Shown: in pieces, positions 27,782 to 40,751 of the stretch
Position numbering within the stretch: the first letter of the stretch is position 1
Layout: the number at the start of each line of letters is the position of its first letter
Made by a program: the position numbers and the translations under genes
Assembly: GCA_964016885.1 (NCBI GenBank)
Contig: OZ024742.1
Location: 373,550,001 to 373,614,000, forward strand
Direction of reading: 5' to 3'
DNA: 64,000 bases
Origin: Eledone cirrhosa
Lineage: Eukaryota
Notes under the pieces: generated by a model
Seen by the model: the letters and a program-made list of their open reading frames with translations, nothing else
The model's database searches: none
Told to the model about the DNA's origin: nothing

Positions 27782-30045
27782 AGAGGCCAACCTGGAGAAG
27801 AAAGATCTGGAAGCTGAAAGACCCCTCGGCCAGTAACAGATTTAAAGATATTCTACTCAACGCCTACGACAGTAAAGAAGAACAGATAGAGACATTCAAT
27901 GTAGAAGAGCACTGGGAGTTCCTAAAAAATAACTTACTAGAGGCGACGGATGAGATCTGTGGCTGGAGTAAGACCTCAAGCAGGAGGAGAGTGACTTGGT
28001 GGTGGAACAATAAGGTAGATGAGGCAGTTAAGGCCAAGAGACAGGCATGGTAAGAATGGAAGAATGGGTGGAGCAGGGTACATTACATAGAAACCAAGAG
28101 GGAAGCTAGGCGACGAGTATACTTAGCTAGGAGGGAAGCAGAGGATAGAAAATTCAAGCATGTTCTGCAACGTGAGGTGTTCAAAATTGCGAGGCAGTGT
28201 GTCAGAGAGAATTGTGATGTCATTGGAGAGAAGTGTATCCGGAATGATAAAGGTGAGCTTGCTCTCACAAATGCTGAGAAGAAAGATGCATGGCAGCGCC
28301 ATTATGATAGATTACTAAATGAGAATGCATGGGAAGAAGAGACCCTACCCCAAGTAGACCCTATAGAGGGGCCAGCAGTACAAGTCAGCAGCAGCGTAGT
28401 AAGTAAGGCCATCAAAGATATGAAGACGGGGAAGGCAATTGGTCCATCGGGTATAGCTGCCGAGATGCTGAAGGCATCTGGGTCTGTAGGTCACACTATA
28501 ACCACACGTATTGTTAACCAGGTAATACTAGGTGTCATACCAAAAGATTGGTGCAGTAGCATCATTGTCAACTGCTACAAAGGTAAAGGTGATGCACTCG
28601 ATAGAGGAAACTATAGTGGTATAAAGCTGATGGACCAGGTCATGAAAGTAACAGAAAGAGTTATAGCCCAGTTGATTAGGGACCGGGTGAAACTAGATGA
28701 GATGCAATTTGGGTTTGTACCAGGAAGAGGCACCACTGATGCCCTCTTCCTTGTGAGGCAGTTACAGGAAAAGTACCTAGCTAAAAGTAAGCCACTCTAC
28801 CTGGCATTCGTCGATCTCGAGAAAGCCTTTGACAGAGTTCCACGTGCTGTAATCTGGTGGGCTCTTAGAAAACTAGGAGTAGATGAATGACTTGTGAAAG
28901 CTGTATAAGCCATGTATAGGGGAGCAGTCAGCAAAGTTAGGATTAGCAATGAGTATAGCGAGGAATTTAGCGTACAGGTTGGTGTCCACCAGGGCTCTGT
29001 TCTTAGCCCTCTCCTGTTCATCATAGTCCTGCAGGCAATAACGGAGGAGTTTAAGACCGGATGCCCATGGGAACTCCTGTATGCTGATGACCTCGCACTT
29101 ATAGCTGAATCTATGGTATAACTAGAGAAGAAATTCCAAACTTGGAAGCAGGGACTAGAAAGAAAGCGTCTCAAAGTCAACAGGACAAAGACTAAGGTCC
29201 TTGTATGTAGAAGAGGAAATAGAACCCAGATCCGCTCAGGGAAATGGCCTTGCTCAGTATGTAGGAAAGGTGTAGGTAGGAACTCTATTCTCTGCCCCAA
29301 ATGCAAACAATGGGTACACAAGAGATGTAGCGGGATCTCAGGAAGCTTAATTAAGAATGTAGGCTTCACATGCAGCAGCTGTGCTGGGACAGCAAGCAGC
29401 AAACAGCCACAGGAAGCAAGTACCACCAATCTCTGGGAGGGCTCTGTAGAAAGATTAGACAGCTTCTGCTATCTAGGTGACCGAATTAGCAGCGGAGGTG
29501 GGTGTTCAGAAAGTACAATAACTAGGGTAAGAACGGGATGGAAGAAGTTTAGGGAACTACTACCACTGCTAGCTGCAAAAGGCTTCTCCCTCAAAATGAA
29601 AGGCAGACTGTATGATGCGTGTATACGAACAGCAATGTTACATGGTAGTGAGACCTGGGCGCTGAAGGTGGAAGACTTACGTAGATTAGAGAGAAACGAA
29701 GCCTGCATGCTACGATGGATGTGTAATATTAATATACGAGAACGACAAAGCATAAATGAATTGAGAGAGAGACTAAGCATAAGAGGAATCAAATGCTGTG
29801 TGCAGAAGAGGCGGTTGCGTTGGTATGGACATGTGATGCATATGAAGGATGACAGCTGCATAAAAAGGTGCAGAGCACTAGAAGTCAATGGAAACCGCGG
29901 AGTGGGGAGACCCAAGAAGACCTGGGATGAGGTGTTAAAAGCCGACCTCACCCAATTACACCTCTCAAAGGCGATGACACATGACCGTGACCTCTGGCGT
30001 CACGCAGTAATACAGAGTACCCGACCTCCCATGGGTACAAGCTGA
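27781..30045 (+). pseudogene. Disabled RTE ORF (linker, RT with PHD-like finger, C-terminus)
   Basis: One reading frame joins track ORFs 28177-28890, 28912-29121 and 29596-30045. Premature stops at 28051, 28888, 28906 and 29119. Confidence 0.93.
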
Positions 30046-30350
30046 AGCATATAGACAATATGCCCCCACACCCCCCACTGCAAGGCGGTCGTGGAGGTGC
30101 CACGGCAAAAAAGCACCCAGCCCACACTGTAAAGTGGACGTGTAGGTGCCACGGAAAAAAAGCACCCAGCACTCACTGTAAATGAGGTTGGTGTTAGGAA
30201 GGGCATCCAGCTGCAGAAATCAAGCCAGAATAAGTTCCTGTATGAGTAAGACAAGGTCAGCCGACCAGACACTGCCCACAACAGGACAACCCATCGAACC
30301 CATGCTAGCGTGGAAGAATGGACGTAAAATGGTGATGATGATGATGATGA
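27782..30350 (+). mobile_element. 5'-truncated RTE-clade non-LTR retrotransposon
   Basis: RT motifs (YKGKGD, QFGFVPGRGTTDA, DLEKAFDRV, VHQGSVLSP, YADD, YLG), RTE C-terminal motifs (RRLRWYGHV, GRPKKTW, DRDLWR), a ~300-bp 3'UTR and a (GAT)n tail. No endonuclease domain is present. Confidence 0.95.
30065..30185 (+). repeat. ~2.5 copies of a 49-bp internal repeat in the RTE 3'UTR
   Basis: CACCCAG recurs at 30114 and 30163 (period 49). Unit CACCCAGCCCACACTGTAAAGTGGACGTGTAGGTGCCACGGAAAAAAAG. Confidence 0.85.
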
Positions 30351-33300
30351 CCTACATGACCACTTTATAGTGTGTACTGGGTGCTTTTTGTCGTGAAACC
30401 TACATGACCACTTGACAGTGTGTACTGGGTGCCTTGTTGTCATGACACCTACATGACCTCTTGACAGTGTGTACTGGGTGCCTTGTTGTCATGACCCCTA
30501 CATGACCTCTTGACAGTGTGTACTGGGTGCCTTGTTATCATGACCCCTACATGACCACTTGACAGTGTGTACTGGGTGCCTTGTTGTCATGACACCTACA
30601 TGACCTCTTGACAGTGTGTACTGGGTGCCTTGTTGTCATGACACCTACATGACCACTTGACAGAGTGTACTGGGTGCCTTGTTGTCATGACACCTACATG
30701 ACCTCTTGACAGTGTGTACTGGGTGCCTTGTTGTCATGACACCTACATGACCACTTGACAATGTGTACTGGGTGCCTTGTTGTCATGACACCTACATGAC
30801 CACTTGACAGAGTGTACTGGGTGCCTTGTTGTCATGATACCTACATGACCTCTTGACAGTGTGTACTGGGTGCCTTATTGTCATGACACCTACATGACCT
30901 CTTGACAGTGTGTACTGGGTGCCTTGTTGTCATGATACCTACATGACCTCTTGACAGTGTGTACTGGGTGCCTTGTTGTCATGATACCTACATGACCTCT
31001 TGACAGTGTGTACTGGGTGCCTTGTTGTCATGACACCTACATGACCTCTTGACAGTGTGTACTGGGTGCCTTGTTGTCATGACACCTACATGACCACTTG
31101 ACAGTGTGTACTGGGTGCCTTGTTGTCATGATACCTACATGACCTCTTGACAGTGTGTACTGGGTGCCTTGTTATCATGATACCTACATGACCTCTTGAC
31201 AGTGTGTACTGGGTGCCTTGTTGTCATGACACCTACATGACCTCTTGACAGTGTGTACTGGGTGCCTTGTTGTCATGATACCTACATGACCTCTTGACAG
31301 TGTGTACTGGGTGCCTTGTTGTCATGACACCTACATGACCTCTTGACAGTGTGTACTGGGTGCCTTGTTGTCATGACACCTACATGACCTCTTGACAGTG
31401 TGTACTGGGTGCCTTGTTGTCATGACACCTACATGACCTCTTGACAGTGTGTACTGGGTGCCTTGTTGTCATGACACCTACATGACCTCTTGACAGTGTG
31501 TACTGGGTGCCTTGTTGTCATGACACCTACATGACCTCTTGACAGTGTGTACTGGGTGCCTTGTTGTCATGACACCTACATGACCTCTTGACAGTGTGTA
31601 CTGGGTGCCTTGTTGTCATGACACCTACATGACCACTTGACAGTGTGTACTGGGTGCCTTGTTGTCATGACACCTACATGACCACTTGACAGTGTGTACT
31701 GGGTGCCTTGTTGTCATGATACCTACATGACCTCTTGACAGTGTGTACTGGGTGCCTTGTTGTCATGACACCTACATGACCTCTTGACAGTGTGTACTGG
31801 GTGCCTTGTTGTCATGACACCAACATGACCTCTTGACAGTGTGTACTGGGTGCCTTGTTGTCATGACACCTACATGACCTCTTGACAGTGTGTACTGGGT
31901 GCCTTGTTGTCATGACACCTACATGACCACTTGACAATGTGTACTGGGTGCCTTGTTGTCATGACACCTACATGACCTCTTGACAGTGTGTACTGGGTGC
32001 CTTGTTGTCATGACACCTACATGACCACTTGACAGTGTGTACTGGGTACCTTGTTGTCATGATACCTACATGACCACTTGACAGTGTGTACTGGGTGCCT
32101 TGTTGTCATGATACCTACATGACCTCTTGACAGTGTGTACTGGGTGCCTTGTTGTCATGACACCTACATGACCACTTGACAATGTGTACTGGGTGCCTTG
32201 TTGTCATGACACCTACATGACCACTTGACAGTGTGTACTGGGTACCTTGTTGTCATGATACCTACATGACCTCTTGACAGTGTGTACTGGGTGCCTTGTT
32301 GTCATGACACCTACATGACCTCTTGACAGTGTGTACTGGGTGCCTTGTTGTCATGACACCTACATGACCACTTGACAGTGTGTACTGGGTACCTTGTTGT
32401 CATGACACCTACATGACCACTTGACAGTGTGTACTGGGTGCCTTGTTGTCATGACACCTACATGACCTCTTGACAGTGTGTACTCGGTGCCTTGTTGTCA
32501 TGATACCTACATGACCTCTTGACAGTGTGTACTCGGTGCCTTGTTGTCATGACACCTACATGACCTCTTGACAGTGTGTACTCGGTGCCTTGTTGTCATG
32601 ATACCTACATGACCTCTTGACAGTGTGTACTCGGTGCCTTGTTGTCATGACACCTACATGACCACTTGACAGTGTGTACTGGGTGCCTTGTTGTCATGAC
32701 ACCTACATGACCTCTTGACAGTGTGTACTGGGTGCCTTGTTGTCATGATACCTACATGACCTCTTGACAGTGTGTACTGGGTGCCTTGTTGTCATGACAC
32801 CTACATGACCTCTTGACAGTGTGTACTGGGTACCTTGTTGTCATGACACCTACATGACCTCTTGACAGTGTGTACTGGGTGCCTTGTTGTCATGATACCT
32901 ACATGACCTCTTGACAGTGTGTACTGGGTGCCTTGTTGTCATGACACCTACATGACCTCTTGACAGTGTGTACTGGGTGCCTTGTTGTCATGATACCTAC
33001 ATGACCTCTTGACAGTGTGTACTGGGTGCCTTGTTGTCATGACACCTACATGACCACTTGACAGTGTGTAATGGGTACCTTGTTGTCATGACACCTACAT
33101 GACCTCTTGACAGTGTGTACTGGGTGCCTTGTTGTCATGACACCTACATGACCTCTTGACAGTGTGTAATGGGTACCTTGTTGTCATGACACCTACATGA
33201 CCTCTTGACAGTGTGTACTGGGTGCCTTGTTGTCATGACACCTACATGACCTCTTGACAGTGTGTACTGGGTGCCTTGTTGTCATGACACCTACATGACC

Positions 33301-36300
33301 TCTTGACAGTGTGTACTGGGTGCCTTGTTGTCATGACACCTACATGACCTCTTGACAGTGTGTACTCGGTGCCTTGTTGTCATGATACCTACATGACCTC
33401 TTGACAGTGTGTACTGGGTGCCTTGTTGTCATGACACCTACATGACCACTTGACAGTGTGTAATGGGTACCTTGTTGTCATGACACCTACATGACCTCTT
33501 GACAGTGTGTACTGGGTGCCTTGTTGTCATGACACCTACATGACCTCTTGACAGTGTGTAATGGGTACCTTGTTGTCATGACACCTACATGACCTCTTGA
33601 CAGTGTGTACTGGGTGCCTTGTTGTCATGACACCTACATGACCTCTTGACAGTGTGTACTGGGTGCCTTGTTGTCATGACACCTACATGACCTCTTGACA
33701 GTGTGTACTGGGTGCCTTGTTGTCATGATACCTACATGACCTCTTGACAGTGTGTACTCGGTGCCTTGTTGTCATGATACCTACATGACCTCTTGACAGT
33801 GTGTACTGGGTGCCTTGTTGTCATGACACCTACATGACCTCTTGACAGTGTGTACTGGGTGCCTTGTTGTCATGATACCTACATGACCTCTTGACAGTGT
33901 GTACTCGGTGCCTTGTTGTCATGATACCTACATGACCTCTTGACAGTGTGTACTGGGTGCCTTGTTGTCATGACACCTACATGACCTCTTGACAGTGTGT
34001 ACTCGGTGCCTTGTTGTCATGATACCTACATGACCTCTTGACAGTGTGTACTGGGTGCCTTGTTGTCATGACACCTACATGACCTCTTGACAGTGTGTAC
34101 TGGGTGCCTTGTTGTCATGACACCTACATGACCTCTTGACAGTGTGTACTGGGTGCCTTGTTGTCATGATACCTACATGACCTCTTGACAGTGTGTACTC
34201 GGTGCCTTGTTGTCATGATACCTACATGACCTCTTGACAGTGTGTACTGGGTGCCTTGTTGTCATGACACCTACATGACCTCTTGACAGTGTGTACTGGG
34301 TGCCTTGTTGTCATGACACCTACATGACCTCTTGACAGTGTGTACTGGGTGCCTTGTTGTCATGATACCTACATGACCTCTTGACAGTGTGTACTCGGTG
34401 CCTTGTTGTCATGATACCTACATGACCTCTTGACAGTGTGTACTGGGTGCCTTGTTGTCATGACACCTACATGACCTCTTGACAGTGTGTACTGGGTGCC
34501 TTGTTGTCATGATACCTACATGACCTCTTGACAGTGTGTACTCGGGTGCCTTGTTGTCATGATACCTACATGACCTCTTGACAGTGTGTACTGGGTGCCT
34601 TGTTGTCATGACACCTACATGACCTCTTGACAGTGTGTACTGGGTGCCTTGTTGTCATGACACCTACATGACCTCTTGACAGTGTGTACTGGGTGCCTTG
34701 TTGTCATGACACCTACATGACCTCTTGACAGTGTGTACTGGGTGCCTTGTTGTCATGACACCTACATGACCACTTGACAGTGTGTACTGGGTGCTTGTTG
34801 TCATGATACCTACATGACCTCTTGACAGTGTGTACTGGGTGCCTTGTTGTCATGACACCTACATGACCTCTTGACAGTGTGTACTGGGTACCTTGTTGTC
34901 ATGATACCTACATGACCACTTGACAGTGTGTACTGGGTGCTTGTTGTCATGATACCTACATGACCTCTTGACAGTGTGTACTGGGTGCCTTGTTGTCATG
35001 ACACCTACATGACCTCTTGACAGTGTGTACTGGGTGCCTTGTTGTCATGACACCTACATGACCACTTGACAGTGTGTACTGGGTGCCTTGTTGTCATGAT
35101 ACCTACATGACCACTTGACAGTGTGTACTGGGTGCCTTGTTGTCATGACACCTACATGACCTCTTGACAGTGTGTACTGGGTGCCTTGTTGTCATGACAC
35201 CTACATGACCACTTGACAGTGTGTACTGGGTGCCTTGTTGTCATGATACCTACATGACCTCTTGACAGTGTGTACTGGGTGCCTTGTTGTCATGACACCT
35301 ACATGACCTCTTGACAGTGTGTACTGGGTGCCTTGTTGTCATGATACCTACATGACCTCTTGACAGTGTGTACTCGGTGCCTTGTTGTCATGACACCTAC
35401 ATGACCTCTTGACAGTGTGTACTGGGTGCCTTGTTGTCATGACACCTACATGACCTCTTGACAGTGTGTACTGGGTGCCTTGTTGTCATGATACCTACAT
35501 GACCTCTTGACAGTGTGTACTCGGTGCCTTGTTGTCATGATACCTACATGACCTCTTGACAGTGTGTACTGGGTGCCTTGTTGTCATGACACCTACATGA
35601 CCTCTTGACAGTGTGTACTGGGTACCTTGTTGTCATGATACCTACATGACCTCTTGACAGTGTGTACTGGGTGCCTTGTTGTCATGATACCTACATGACC
35701 TCTTGACAGTGTGTACTGGGTGCCTTGTTGTCATGACACCTACATGACCTCTTGACAGTGTGTACTGGGTGCCTTGTTGTCATGACACCTACATGACCTC
35801 TTGACAGTGTGTACTCGGTGCCTTGTTGTCATGACACCTACATGACCTCTTGACAGTGTGTACTGGGTGCCTTGTTGTCATGACACCTACATGACCTCTT
35901 GACAGTGTGTACTGGGTGCCTTGTTGTCATGACACCTACATGACCTCTTGACAGTGTGTACTCGGTGCCTTGTTGTCATGACACCTACATGACCTCTTGA
36001 CAGTGTGTACTGGGTGCCTTGTTGTCATGACACCTACATGACCTCTTGACAGTGTGTACTGGGTGCCTTGTTGTCATGACACCTACATGACCTCTTGACA
36101 GTGTGTACTGGGTGCCTTGTTGTCATGACACCTACATGACCTCTTGACAGTGTGTACTCGGTGCCTTGTTGTCATGACACCTACATGACCTCTTGACAGT
36201 GTGTACTGGGTGCCTTGTTGTCATGACACCTACATGACCTCTTGACAGTGTGTACTGGGTGCCTTGTTGTCATGACACCTACATGACCTCTTGACAGTGT

Positions 36301-39300
36301 GTACTCGGTGCCTTGTTGTCATGACACCTACATGACCTCTTGACAGTGTGTACTGGGTGCCTTGTTGTCATGACACCTACATGACCTCTTGACAGTGTGT
36401 ACTGGGTGCCTTGTTGTCATGACACCTACATGACCTCTTGACAGTGTGTACTGGGTGCCTTGTTGTCATGACACCTACATGACCACTTGACAGTGTGTAC
36501 TGGGTGCCTTGTTGTCATGATACCTACTGACCACTTGACAGTGTGTACTGGGTGCCTTGTTGTCATGATACCTACATGACCACTTGACAGTGTGTACTGG
36601 GTGCCTTGTTGTCATGACACCTACATGACCACTTGACAGTGTGTACTGGGTGCCTTGTTGTCATGATACCTACTGACCACTTGACAGTGTGTACTGGGTG
36701 CCTTGTTGTCATGATACCTACATGACCTCTTGACAGTGTGTACTGGGTGCTTGTTGTCATGATACCTACATGACCTCTTGACAGTGTGTACTGGGTGCCT
36801 TGTTGTCATGATACCTACATGACCTCTTGACAGTGTGTACTGGGTGCCTTGTTGTCATGATACCTACTGACCACTTGACAGTGTGTACTGGGTGCTTGTT
36901 GTCATGATACCTACATGACCTCTTGACAGTGTGTACTGGGTGCCTTGTTGTCATGATACCTACTGACCACTTGACAGTGTGTACTGGGTGCCTTGTTGTC
37001 ATGATACCTACTGACCACTTGACAGTGTGTACTGGGTGCTTGTTGTCATGATACCTACATGACCTCTTGACAGTGTGTACTGGGTGCCTTGTTGTCATGA
37101 TACCTACTGACCACTTGACAGTGTGTACTGGGTGCCTTGTTGTCATGATACCTACTGACCACTTGACAGTGTGTACTGGGTGCTTGTTGTCATGATACCT
37201 ACATGACCTCTTGACAGTGTGTACTGGGTGCCTTGTTGTCATGATACCTACTGACCACTTGACAGTGTGTACTGGGTGCTTGTTGTCATGATACCTACAT
37301 GACCTCTTGACAGTGTGTACTGGGTGCCTTGTTGTCATGATACCTACATGACCACTTGACAGTGTGTACTGGGTGCCTTGTTGTCATGATACCTACTGAC
37401 CACTTGACAGTGTGTACTGGGTGCTTGTTGTCATGATACCTACATGACCTCTTGACAGTGTGTACTGGGTACCTTGTTGTCATGATACCTACATGACCTC
37501 TTGACAGTGTGTACTGGGTGCCTTGTTGTCATGATACCTACATGACCACTTGACAGTGTGTACTGGGTGCCTTGTTGTCATGATACCTACTGACCACTTG
37601 ACAGTGTGTACTGGGTGCCTTGTTGTCATGATACCTACATGACCTCTTGACAGTGTGTACTGGGTGCCTTGTTGTCATGATACCTACTGACCACTTGACA
37701 GTGTGTACTGGGTGCTTGTTGTCATGATACCTACATGACCTCTTGACAGTGTGTACTGGGTGCCTTGTTGTCATGATACCTACTGACCACTTGACAGTGT
37801 GTACTGGGTGCTTGTTGTCATGATACCTACATGACCTCTTGACAGTGTGTACTGGGTGCCTTGTTGTCATGATACCTACTGACCACTTGACAGTGTGTAC
37901 TGGGTGCTTGTTGTCATGATACCTACATGACCTCTTGACAGTGTGTACTGGGTACCTTGTTGTCATGATACCTACTGACCACTTGACAGTGTGTACTGGG
38001 TGCTTGTTGTCATGATACCTACATGACCTCTTGACAGTGTGTACTGGGTGCCTTGTTGTCATGACACCTACATGACCTCTTGACAGTGTGTACTGGGTGC
38101 CTTGTTGTCATGACACCTACATGACCTCTTGACAGTGTGTACTGGGTGCCTTGTTGTCATGATACCTACATGACCTCTTGACAGTGTGTACTGGGTGCCT
38201 TGTTGTCATGATACCTACATGACCTCTTGACAGTGTGTACTGGGTGCCTTGTTGTCATGACACCTACATGACCTCTTGACAGTGTGTACTGGGTGCCTTG
38301 TTGTCATGACACCTACATGACCTCTTGACAGTGTGTACTGGGTGCCTTGTTGTCATGACACCTACATGACCTCTTGACAGTGTGTACTGGGTGCCTTGTT
38401 GTCATGACACCTACATGACCTCTTGACAGTGTGTACTGGGTGCCTTGTTGTCATGACACCTACATGACCACTTGACAGTGTGTACTGGGTGCCTTGTTGT
38501 CATGATACCTACATGACCACTTGACAGTGTGTACTGGGTGCCTTGTTGTCATGATACCTACATGACCTCTTGACAGTGTGTACTGGGTGCCTTGTTGTCA
38601 TGACACCAATATGACCTCTTGACAGTGTGTACTGGGTGCCTTGTTGTCATGACACCTACATGACCACTTGACAGTGTGTACTGGGTGCCTTGTTGTCATG
38701 ATACCTACATAACCACTTGACAGTGTGTACTGGGTGCCTTGTTGTCATGACACCTACATGACCACTTGACAGTGTGTACTGGGTGCCTTGTTGTCATGAC
38801 ACCTACATGACCACTTGACAGTGTGTACTGGGTGCCTTGTTGTCATGATACCTACATGACCACTTGACAGTGTGTACTGGGTGCCTTGTTGTCATGATAC
38901 CTACATGACCTTTTAACAGAGTGTACTTGGTTCTTTGTTGTCATGACACCTACATGACCTCTTGACAGTGTGTACTGGGTGCCTTGTTGTCATGATACCT
39001 ACATGACCTCATGACCGTGTGTACTGGGTTACTTGTTGTCATGACACCTACATGACCTCTTGACAATGTGTACTGGGTGCCTTGTTGTCATGACACCTAC
39101 ATGACCACTTGACAGTGTGTACTGGGTGCCTTGTTGTCATGATACCTACATGACCTCATGACCGTGTGTACTGGGTTACTTGTTGTCATGACACCTACAT
39201 GACCTCTTGACAATGTGTACTGGGTGCCTTGTTGTCATGACACCTACATGACCACTTGACAGTGTGTACTGGGTGCCTTGTTGTCATGATACCTACATGA

Positions 39301-40112
39301 CCTCTTGACAGTGTGTACTGGGTACCTTGTTGTCATGATACCTACATGACCTCTTGACAGTGTGTAATGGGTACCTTGTTGTCATGACACCTACATGACC
39401 TCTTGACAGTGTGTACTGGGTGCTTTGTTGTCATGATACCTACATGACCTCTTGACAGTGTGTACTGGGTGCCTTGTTGTCATGACACCTACATGACCTC
39501 TTGACAGTGTGTAATGGGTACCTTGTTGTCATGACACCTACATGACCTCTTGACAGTGTGTACTGGGTGCCTTGTTGTCATGACACCTACATAACCTCTT
39601 GACAGTGTGTACTGGGTGCCTTGTTGTCATGACACCTACATAACCTCTTGACAGTGTGTACTGGGTGCCTTGTTGTCATGATACCTACATGACCACTTGA
39701 CAGTGTGTACTGGGTGCCTTGTTGTCATGATACCTACATGACCACTTGACAGTGTGTACTGGGTGCCTTGTTGTCATGATACCTACATGACCTCTTAACA
39801 GAGTGTACTTGGTTCCTTGTTGTCATGACACCTACATAACCACTTGACAGTGTGTACTGGGTGTCATGACACCTACATGACCTCTTGACAGTGTGTACTG
39901 GGTGCCTTGTTGTCATGATACCTACATGACCACTTGACAGTGTGTACTGGGTGCCTTGTTGTCATGATACCTACATGACCACTTGACAGTGTGTACTGTC
40001 TGCTTGTTGTCATAATACCTACATGACCTCTTGACAGTGTGTACTGGGTGCCTTGTTGTCATGATACCTACATGACCACTTGACCACTTGACAGTGTGTA
40101 CTGGGTGCCTTG
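30351..40112 (-). repeat. 49-bp tandem array (~200 units), reverse-complement homologue of the RTE 3'UTR repeat
   Basis: Plus-strand unit GACACCTACATGACC(T/A)CTTGACAGTGTGTACTGGGTGCCTTGTTGTCAT. Very homogeneous. Confidence 0.98.
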
Positions 40113-40272
40113 TTTTCCAAGGGAAAGGCAATGGGCAATACAGTTTGGCACCAGCTGAGTAAACTGGAGTTACGTGAAATGAAGTGTCTTGCTCAACACA
40201 TCACCCTGTCAAACAATCAAACTCACAACCTATCAACTGCAATCCCAATACTCTAACCACTAAGCCATGTGC
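40113..40272 (-). mobile_element. 5' part of a tRNA-derived SINE (Pol III A/B boxes plus CORE-like segment)
   Basis: Minus strand: A box TGGCTTAGTGG (40257-40267), decayed B box GAGTTTGATT (40215-40224), then GTGTTGAGCAAGACACTTCATTTCAC, which is CORE-like. Confidence 0.75.
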
Positions 40273-40549
40273 ATGTATAAAAATCATATTCTCCATATTG
40301 AAGTTTTTCTCTTCTCATTTCTTCTTAATTTTGCCAGAACTTCCAATTCTTCTACAATTTATGCTCTGCTAAATGTGATAACATTTATGTAATGCCAAAA
40401 ATATGATAAAATTTCAATATGAAATATAAAATATCTTGTTATACTTTGAGATATACTTTGCCAATAAAATATCTTGTACTTTGAGAGGGCCACAAAAATA
40501 TATGTACCAGTTGGATTTCACTTTGGTTTTATTATTGATGGTGGATCTT

Positions 40550-40728
40550 TGAGATTTTTGTTCTGGATCTTTATGTTGTGAGTTCAGATCCCACTCAGGT
40601 CAACTTTGCTTATCATCCTTTTGGGGGTCAGTAAAATAAAGTGCCAGTCAAGTACTGATGGTGAATATAATCAACTTTTCCCACTCTCTAAATTGCTGGC
40701 CTTAGGTCACAATTAGAAGCCATTATTG
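40550..40728 (+). mobile_element. Degenerate SINE of a second family
   Basis: B-box-like GAGTTCAGATCCC, then GGTCAACTTTGCTTATCATCCTTTTGGGGGTCAGTAAAATAAAGTGCCAG (resembles a conserved invertebrate SINE central domain) and a short ATT tail. Recognised from memory only. Confidence 0.6.
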
Positions 40729-40751
40729 GTAAGGTCCATAATCCACTCAGT

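Noticed and set aside
28797-30443. Minus-strand ORFs over the RTE, and likewise short ORFs overlapping the Tx1-like ORF2
   Set aside because: Antisense or alternate-frame shadows of LINE coding sequence with no motifs of their own.
40200-40272. tRNA gene
   Set aside because: An A box is present, but the B box is decayed, no cloverleaf is evident, and it continues into SINE body sequence.
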